Source: Octopus sinensis (taxonomy: Eukaryota). From it: 31,367 bases of DNA. The stretch is taken from contig NW_021832302.1 of NCBI RefSeq assembly GCF_006345805.1, positions 1-31,367 on the forward strand, written 5' to 3'. Positions 23,752 through 31,367 of the stretch are shown here, one piece after another; positions within the stretch are counted from its first letter, which is position 1, and every line of letters begins with the position of its first letter. Both the position numbers and the translations under genes were made by a program. The notes under the pieces are model-generated. The model made no database searches and was not told the DNA's origin. It saw nothing but the letters and a program-made list of their open reading frames with translations.

Positions 23752-24244
23752 TGTAGTTGTGTGGGTGTCTGTCCCCTTCGATTAGATTCCTAACTACTCC
23801 ACATTTTGCGGTGCAGTTTAACCAAATTCGGGTATCTTATAGTCGTGATTCAGATCAAGCCCTTCTGGGTATTAGCGCGCGTCTACGATGAGTCTACGAT
23901 TTAAAAAAAAAATTAACATCATTTTTTTTATTCCATTTTATGCATAATTTTTCGTGTGTCGATGGCGGGCGGAGTTGGCGTCCATGGTCACACCTGCACC
24001 TGAGTTTGCTTCTCCCTTCTTCCCTCCATCGTGAAGCTGTGGGGAAGGGAGTGTAAGGAAATCAACGTCGTAAAGCGTTGTCAAGGAGACCAGCGTTCTT
24101 TTAGAACAACGACTTCATGGCTTAAGACACCAAACAGAAATGGCTAAGAAATCCCGAATTGGCATCTATAAAGGAATTAACTCTCTAAAAATGCTTATAT
24201 AGTTATTTCCTTACAAACCGAGCAACGCCGGGCGATACTGCTGG
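23710..24244 (+). mobile_element. Non-autonomous Helitron-like element
   Basis: 5' A|TC followed by (TA)n-AAAA. 3' hairpin CCG(A)GC-aac-GCCGG (24218-24231), 9 nt upstream of a terminal CTGG|T (CTRR, 24241-24244). No TSD seen. The 5' boundary is uncertain because of the TA tract. Confidence 0.65.
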
Positions 24245-24420
24245 TATATATATAAATCATTATATATATATATATATATATATATATAATCATTATAGAT
24301 ATAGGGTAAAACATTTATAAAATTAATTAATAAATTTCACCAAGTAGTTTTTTTCGGTATGTGGTTAAGTAACTTGTTGCTAAACCCTTCATTATTGCTA
24401 TAAAATATATATATATATAT

Positions 24421-24503
<83 letters not shown>

Positions 24504-24625
24504 CATATACATATATATATATATATTATATATATATAGTATATATATATATGTATATGTAAAGAGAGAAAGAGAGAGAGAGAGACGTGTATATATGTGT
24601 CTGTATGTGTATGTAGTATGTCTAG
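24245..24625. repeat. (TA)n/(GA)n/(TG)n microsatellites
   Basis: Direct reading. Confidence 0.9.
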
Positions 24626-25009
24626 TGCGTGTCTGTGTCGTTGTATGTACCTGTGTGTACATGCGAGTATACAAAAGTAGGTAAGCATGTAGGTGAGGAT
24701 GTTTTATTTTTTTCTCACGGAAAGACTATCGCTGGTAAAATAGGATTCCACTGAATGGTTTTCCCAGTAATTGAATTACCTACAACCTACATTTTTTTTT
24801 TAATTGTTGTCGAATAAATCGATCTAATCAAAGAAATATTTTATTCCAATTCCAGGGAAATTCTGTTATCGATCACTGTCTCCCACTTCCCCCGAAACCC
24901 ACTGACGGTGATTCGTACTCTACGCGTAAATACACCTAATTATATACCGTTCAAGTTACTTTGACACTCGACGGAATTCGACAATCCACCATATTTACCC
25001 CAGTGAACA

Positions 25010-25065
25010 GATTACTATTAATATTAATATTATTAATATTATTGCTATAATCATGATCATCATCA

Positions 25066-25116
<51 letters not shown>

Positions 25117-25500
25117 TATTATTATTATTTAATATTATTATTATTAATATTATCATATTCATTATTATTTATTATTATTATCATTATCATTATTATTATT
25201 ATTATATTATTATTATTATTATTATTATTATATTATTATTATTATTTTTATTATTATTACAATTATTATTATCATTATTATTATTATTATTATTATTATA
25301 TTTTCATTTATTATTATCATTATTATTATTATTATTATCATTTTATCATCTCATCATCATTCTTCTTCTTATTCTTAGTCTTATTATTGTTATTATTATG
25401 GTTATTTACCGGATGGTGTTGTTAATAAGAATAATAAGAATAAGATGGATAAGAGGGATATGATGAGAAGATGATATAATAAGAATAGCATATATGTATA

Positions 25501-25553
<53 letters not shown>

Positions 25554-25664
25554 TATATATACTATATTAATATGTGTGTGTGTATGACTTTAGGCCCCCC
25601 GTATATATATATATATAATACACCCAAGCCTAAATTCATCAAAACACCAACACACACACATATA

Positions 25665-25700
<36 letters not shown>

Positions 25701-25800
25701 GAATTTAGGCGCGTGTATATATATATATAAATAGAGAGAGAGACAGACAGAGAGACAGAGAGAGAGAGAGAGTAAGAGAGAGACAAGGGGAGAGGGAGAA
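25010..25800. repeat. (TAT)n/(CAT)n then (TA)n/(GA)n microsatellites
   Basis: Direct reading. Explains ORFs 25053-25786. Confidence 0.95.
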
Positions 25801-26329
25801 ACTGGGGGAGTTAGACGGTGGCTACACCTAATTCACAAGGAGGAAATGAAATAAAATAAAAATAAATAATAAGTAAATTGAAGATATTTCGGTGTTAAAT
25901 CCAATAAAGAACTTCCATTTTTTTTATTGAAGCTAAATATGATTTTCGTAAAACTATTTATTGTTGTAATTCCTTTATCGTGATTTGTTGGCAGATTGAA
26001 TAGAATAATTAGTCGTTTCTTCCAAAATGCTATTTCTGAAGTCTTTTTCTATCAAAGATAGAACATTACGAAAGACTCTTTCGAGACTTTCAAAAGAAAA
26101 CCTGAAATTCTAAATTGGTGGAAATATCTCAATGTGCCGGTTATGAGGCTACTGTATTCGACTTTTTTTTCATAACAGCTGAGAATGTGAATCTTAGCGA
26201 ATGTCCTAACATTCACCACACAAACACACATACATTGACATAGAAACGTTTGTGGAGAGGAGAAACGGACGCATCGATTCATCGACACATCAAACGTATG
26301 TTTATATAAGCTTCAATACATAAATCAGG

Positions 26330-26418
26330 AATGTATATATATGTTATCTGTATATTATACATATATATTATATATATATAATGTATATGTATATAATATA
26401 TATATATATATATTATAT

Positions 26419-26460
<42 letters not shown>

Positions 26461-26921
26461 CAATACATATACACTATACATATACATATGGTATGTATGT
26501 AGATAGATATATATGTATATCTTTATATATACAAAATATATGTATATATATATAATATATATATAGATATATATATATATAAATATGTATAAATCTTACT
26601 TCGAAAGGGATGCGTGGCGTTCAATCATATAATAATATAAATAATACATATATACATATATATGCATATACATATATATATTATATTATATATGCATATA
26701 CATATATATATTATATTATATTATATTATAAATGTATAAACATCTATATATAGCATATCATATTACAAACAGACAAATATATACATATATAAATAATAAT
26801 AAAAATATGTTTATACTCATAATTTGAGTTGTATTTTTCCTTTTTGAAACACCTTAGCGATATATGTAGACTTGTGTGTGGGTGAGTGTGTGGGAGTTAG
26901 TGTGTGTATATGAATGTGTGA

Positions 26922-26958
<37 letters not shown>

Positions 26959-26980
26959 TGTGTTTGTGTGTGTGTATTTG
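26330..26980. repeat. Degenerate (TA)n and (TG)n/(GA)n microsatellites
   Basis: Direct reading. Confidence 0.9.
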
Positions 26981-27232
26981 GATATGTTTATACTTATGTA
27001 GGAGACTCATAAATGCGTGTGTGGCTAAACATAGTCCTCTAAATATAATATACGCCAAATATACACCAAAATATTGGGAAATATTCAACAATAGAATTTC
27101 ATCGAAATACTTGAAGCAATAAGTTTATGCTTTTTGGTTTTTAAACCGGAATACACACTCAAAAGACCACTTTAATGTAAAGTACGACGAACCCCATTTA
27201 TACAAATATACGAAGGCCGATATAAAGTACAA

Positions 27233-27237
<5 letters not shown>

Positions 27238-27278
<41 letters not shown>

Positions 27279-27400
27279 ATACTATATATATATATAGATA
27301 TAGATATATATATATAGTATATGTATATAATATATATATATACATATATATATTGTATATATTATATATTTATATTATATTCTATATATATATATATATA
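27238..27400. repeat. (TA)n microsatellite
   Basis: Direct reading. Confidence 0.95.
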
Positions 27401-27663
27401 CTCTTTTACTTTTACTTGTTTCAGTCATTTGACTGTGGCCACGCTGGAGCACCGCCTTTAGTCGAGGTCTTATTCTTTGTAAGCCTAGTACTTATTCTAT
27501 CGGTCTCTATTGCCGAATCGCTAAGTTTCGGGGACGTAAAGACACCAGCATCGGTTGTCAAGTGATGTTGGGTGGACAAACAGGAACGTGCACACACACA
27601 CACACACACACATATATACGACAGGCTTCTTTCAGTTTCCGACTACCAAATCCACTCACAAGG
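27401..27663 (-). mobile_element. 5'-truncated family C SINE
   Basis: Reverse complement of 9185-9460, with a small internal deletion before gactaaaggcggtgctccagc. Confidence 0.9.
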
Positions 27664-28915
27664 TTATATATAAAAAATATCTTTTATAATAATAAATGTA
27701 TGTATTTATGCTGGTATGTATACAAATATTATATAACAGGATGTTTTTTACATATTTCCGATTCATTGTCTCTTCTAAGACAATTGTACCGGAAACTATC
27801 GTGCAGAGGCGCACGCGTGTGTTGACACATACGTTACATTATCGCTCCTGAAGTGTTCTGGCTCTGCCAGAGCAGTGTAAATGATGCTTTTAATGCTTCT
27901 CTGAAATACTTGTAAACAGCTGCAGGAAAATAATAGGTGAGCAGGAAGGACGGGAGGACTGGCCACAATGTTTAATGCGGAATATTATATATAGAAAGGG
28001 AAATGAGTAATTGGAGGTGGAGAGACGAATGTGTATCGTGATGACCAGATCGAGTTGCCATTGTATTGTGCATCTCTGAAGAGCAGATATCATTAATGCA
28101 GAATTTGAAAAGTTGGGAAGAAGAGAGATAATGCATTTATGTCAGATACGGGAATGTGTCTGTAAGTGATTCTATGCGTGTGTATATAGTGTGCAAGCGA
28201 TTTATGTCAATAAACCACGTAACGCATTCAGAAGGGAAAAAATAATACAATCATCCAAACATGGAAGTGTTACGAAAGGGCCTTTGCGGTTGGTGATAAA
28301 GTTTTCAGATATGAAAAGTCTGTGCATATCTAAGATGCATCCAGAGGAACGAATATATCCTAGACACACTGATCCAACGTTTGGATATTGCTGTCACGTG
28401 GCGTTATGCATCACGTGCAGATTGGCTGCGGCGATCAGCTGAGTCCACTGGAATTATCATCATACCATATTTCAGTGCTCTCCGATGACATTGGTTAAAG
28501 CTGGTTTGCATAGGAGGAGGCTGGAAAGGAAAAAAGACTGACCCCATCATCTTTGTTGAAGTCCTCACAATGTCTTTAAACTTTCGACAGGAAAAAGAAA
28601 GGCGGGTGGAAATTGAAGTGCTACCTATCAATAAATATCAGAAATGTGGATAGGAGTGGCCAGCATCATTCTATTAAACGAGCCGGCAACAGAGTACTGA
28701 TGAAGACTGGGAAAAAGCTGTGAGATGGAGGATTGAGATACTGCTCAACATCCGTTGCTTTTATCTTGGATGTCCAAATGTGGTTCCTGGAATACTTTTG
28801 TTTCGTGGGTATTTTTTTCTTTCATTTTAATCTTTGCATAACAGCCTCTCTTTATCATCCTACAACTTCCTCGATCATTTTATGAGACATAAGTTGTTAA
28901 GTAGATAGTAATATA

Positions 28916-29079
28916 GCGCAGGAGTGGCTGTGTTGTAAGTAGCTTGTTTACCAACCACATGGTTCCGGGTTCAGTCCCACTGCGTGGCACCTTGGTCAAG
29001 TGTCTTCTGCTATAGTCCCGGGCCGACCAATGCCTTGTGAGTGGATTTGGTAGACGGAAACTGAAAGAAGACCGTCGTA

Positions 29080-29118
<39 letters not shown>

Positions 29119-29280
29119 GTGTGTGTGTTTGTGTGTCTGTGTTTGTCCCCCTAGCATTGCTTGACAACCGATGCTGGTGTGTTTATGTCCCCGTTACTTC
29201 GCGGTTCGGCAAAAGATACCGATAGAATAAGTACTGGCCGCAGTCAAATGACTGAAACAAGTAAAAGAGAGTAAAAGAGT
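28916..29280 (+). mobile_element. Family C CORE-type SINE with internal deletion near the 3' end
   Basis: Aligns to 9065-9461, but jumps from gaataagtact directly to ggccgcagtcaaatgactgaaac. Confidence 0.9.
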
Positions 29281-29596
29281 ATAGTATTATTGTTATTGAG
29301 TGAGAGAGCAGTGACAATGGTATAAAATAAACGAAGCCCAGTATACCCACCATGACCACCCGTCCGATAAGAGTACACCAGGCACATGAATCACAACCAT
29401 ATGTGCGCGAAATGGTGATCTCATATCAAGATGGACAGCGCGTGGCGAATTTTGTATTCGTTTGCTGCCATCACTGGAAATCCCGAGATGAGATGGTTTA
29501 TTCTTTCGTCAAATGTGTCGCAGAATCAGCATTTAGGATCAGAACCGTTTTGAAGAACGTTAGCCTGGTAGTTTTTATGTGAGCAAGATTTGGTCC

Positions 29597-29920
29597 TGTG
29601 TTATTATTATTATTATTATCATCATCATCATCATCATCATCCTCATTCCCCTCATCGTCCTCCTCATCGTCCTCCTCCTCCTCCTCCTCCTTCTCCTCCT
29701 CCTCCTCATCCTCCACATCCTTCTCATCCTCTTCCTCATCCTCCACATCCTCCTCCTCCTCCTACTCATCCTTCAATCCTCAACATCCTCATCCTCCACA
29801 TCCTTCTCATCCTCTTCCTCATCCTCCACATCCTCCTCCTCCTCCTCCTCATCCTTCAATCCTCAACATCCTCATCCTCCACATCCTCATCCTCCTCCTC
29901 ATCATCATCATCATCATCAA
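29597..29920. repeat. (TAT)/(CAT)/(CCT) low-complexity repeat with 83-bp higher-order unit
   Basis: The motif catcctccacat starts equivalent units at 29707, 29790 and 29873 (period 83). Confidence 0.9.
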
Positions 29921-30682
29921 TAAAATCCTCCTCTTTGATGTTACGGCTCATTACTTCCTTACTTCACATATGATAAAATGAAATCCATTGAAGGGTTAGG
30001 TAAGATGTAATCGATTATCCCTTTCGAAAATGCTTTATTCCTGCCCTATGGGAAGCTCCATTATTCTTGTGGTCGTCGTCGACGGCGTTCCTCCTTGTTT
30101 TCTTCTTTCTCTTCTTCGTAATCTCCGTTGTTTTTTTTTATTTATTTGTGTTGCATTTTCGTTGAGTTTATAGCATGAAATACAGAATAACACTTGATGT
30201 AAACATTTCAAAAAATGACAACAAGTCAAATTTAAAATATATTAGTGAAGCATGTATAGAAAAGAGCAAAGGAGGGGAAAGAGACATGGAGAGAGATAGA
30301 AAGAGAGAGAGAATGACAGAAACAGAGAGAGTGTGGGAGAGAGAGATGGAGAGATAGTGAGTGAGTGTGAGGGAACTCAGCAAGATATAACTGAAAAATG
30401 AAATAAAACTAAAAACTCATATGACAATATACTATATTTACGAGATACACGTTATCCTATAGAGTGAATGGTGCTAGCTTTCTTTATTCCAAACGGTATT
30501 AAAAAAAAGACAGGTGTCACGATTTATAACACCTAATTGATTTATCAGGTATTTAGATACGTGTTGGGAACCAGGTAGTGTAGGGCAGTGTCTTATAATA
30601 ATGTGACTGCTTTTCTTCTAAGAGTGCATGTGTGCTTCGAAACTATATGCGAAGGTGTGTATATATGTGTGTCTATATCTTT

Positions 30683-30724
<42 letters not shown>

Positions 30725-30844
30725 CAAATAAGAAAATGGAGGAACAAATTCATTTCAATCATCAACTTACAGATATTTCCATTTCATATTATTTATTAAC
30801 TATATGTAAGATAATAATAGCATAAGAATAATACACATAAAATG

Positions 30845-30976
30845 GTCCTTACAGCTGTTTCAGCATATAGATAAAAGTATCTCATTCTGCTTATATTAGT
30901 CAGTTGTATTGAGGTAATATGCAGTTATAAATGAGGTATATATATATATATATATCTCAAGGCCTTGTCAGAGATT
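30845..30976 (-). ncRNA. Degenerate type I hammerhead motif with ~103-nt stem II insert
   Basis: Minus strand: ..TCT | CTGACAA | GGC..103 nt in total..GCT | GAAA | CAGCTG | TA | AGGAC. Stem III is palindromic with a GUA triplet. CTGACAA can be explained as CpG decay of CTGACGA. Stem I pairs only 3 bp. Confidence 0.45.
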
Positions 30977-31180
30977 ATAAAGTACAATTATAAAAATGTA
31001 AATATAAATATGAAACAAAATACACATACATTTGGATATATATATATAAATATATAACTAAATATATAAAAATATACATACACATAAGGTTACAGATAAT
31101 TAATTATATATACTGGAATATACATATACATCCATATAAATTTTGAACACTTGCAACAACCTCGACTCTGATTATAACTT

Positions 31181-31366
31181 CTAAAGGCAATGAAGCGATA
31201 TGAGGGGTGATGATGTATCAATTCTTAGAGAGAGTAAGGTTACTCTCTTCCACAGATCTTCCATCAAACGCATGTCATCTACAAACTTAGTTCTAACTGT
31301 TTTCAGTATACAGAACGAAATAGTTTGAGTTTTTGGTCCAAGGCCAATGGGTTTGGAAGAGAGGTT
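31181..31366 (-). mobile_element. Possible non-LTR retrotransposon RT fragment (L2/CR1 group), truncated by the window edge
   Basis: A 62-codon frame open to the window edge reads ..PIGLGPKTQTISFCILKTVRTKFVDDMRL.., with LGP and KFVDD (31274-31285) in RT motif order. Divergent elsewhere. Confidence 0.4.
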
Positions 31367-31367
31367 A

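Noticed and set aside
27845-27935. CTGAAGT..GTAAA-CAGCTG-CA resembling a long-stem-II hammerhead; also cttctaaga..gaaactat strings near 27770 and 30615
   Set aside because: Three or more deviations at invariant positions and poor stem I; not distinguishable from chance.
28706-28735. CTGATGA-agactgg-GAAA exact core halves
   Set aside because: No stem II, stem III or stem I pairing.
1600-29000. A-box/B-box sequences as tRNA genes
   Set aside because: They are SINE heads with no cloverleaf, and they continue into repeat bodies.
2772-29981. Long ORFs in the track rich in I/Y, L, S, K, or D/E (e.g. 8038-8490, 12042-12869, 20203-20810, 25053-25463, 29498-29981)
   Set aside because: They are translations of di-, tri- and tetranucleotide microsatellites that lack stops by composition.
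1-31367. CRISPR array or other prokaryotic systems
   Set aside because: No regularly spaced repeat-spacer array or operon-like gene density; the sequence is eukaryotic repeat-rich DNA.

Overview
AT-rich, microsatellite-dense eukaryotic DNA with no intact protein-coding gene that I can support. The repeat families (tRNA-derived SINEs including a CORE-type SINE, RLE-type R4/Dong LINEs, RTE and CR1 LINE remnants, mariner, a Helitron-like element) look like an octopus/cephalopod intergenic or intronic region. That assignment is an inference from family recognition, not a search. Nearly all long ORFs in the track are translated microsatellites. The most notable signal is four dispersed type I hammerhead-ribozyme-like motifs (2382-2425 +, 10205-10243 -, 19120-19211 +, 30845-30976 -). 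All have the tiny palindromic or near-palindromic stem III typical of Penelope-associated and retrozyme hammerheads, and two have unusually long stem II inserts. Other observations: SINE head-to-tail multimers sharing one junction at three loci, a SINE/LINE shared 3' tail, an in-frame RTE-mariner junction, a fold-back at a Dong/R4 truncation point, and a diverged BTB/POZ-like reading frame.
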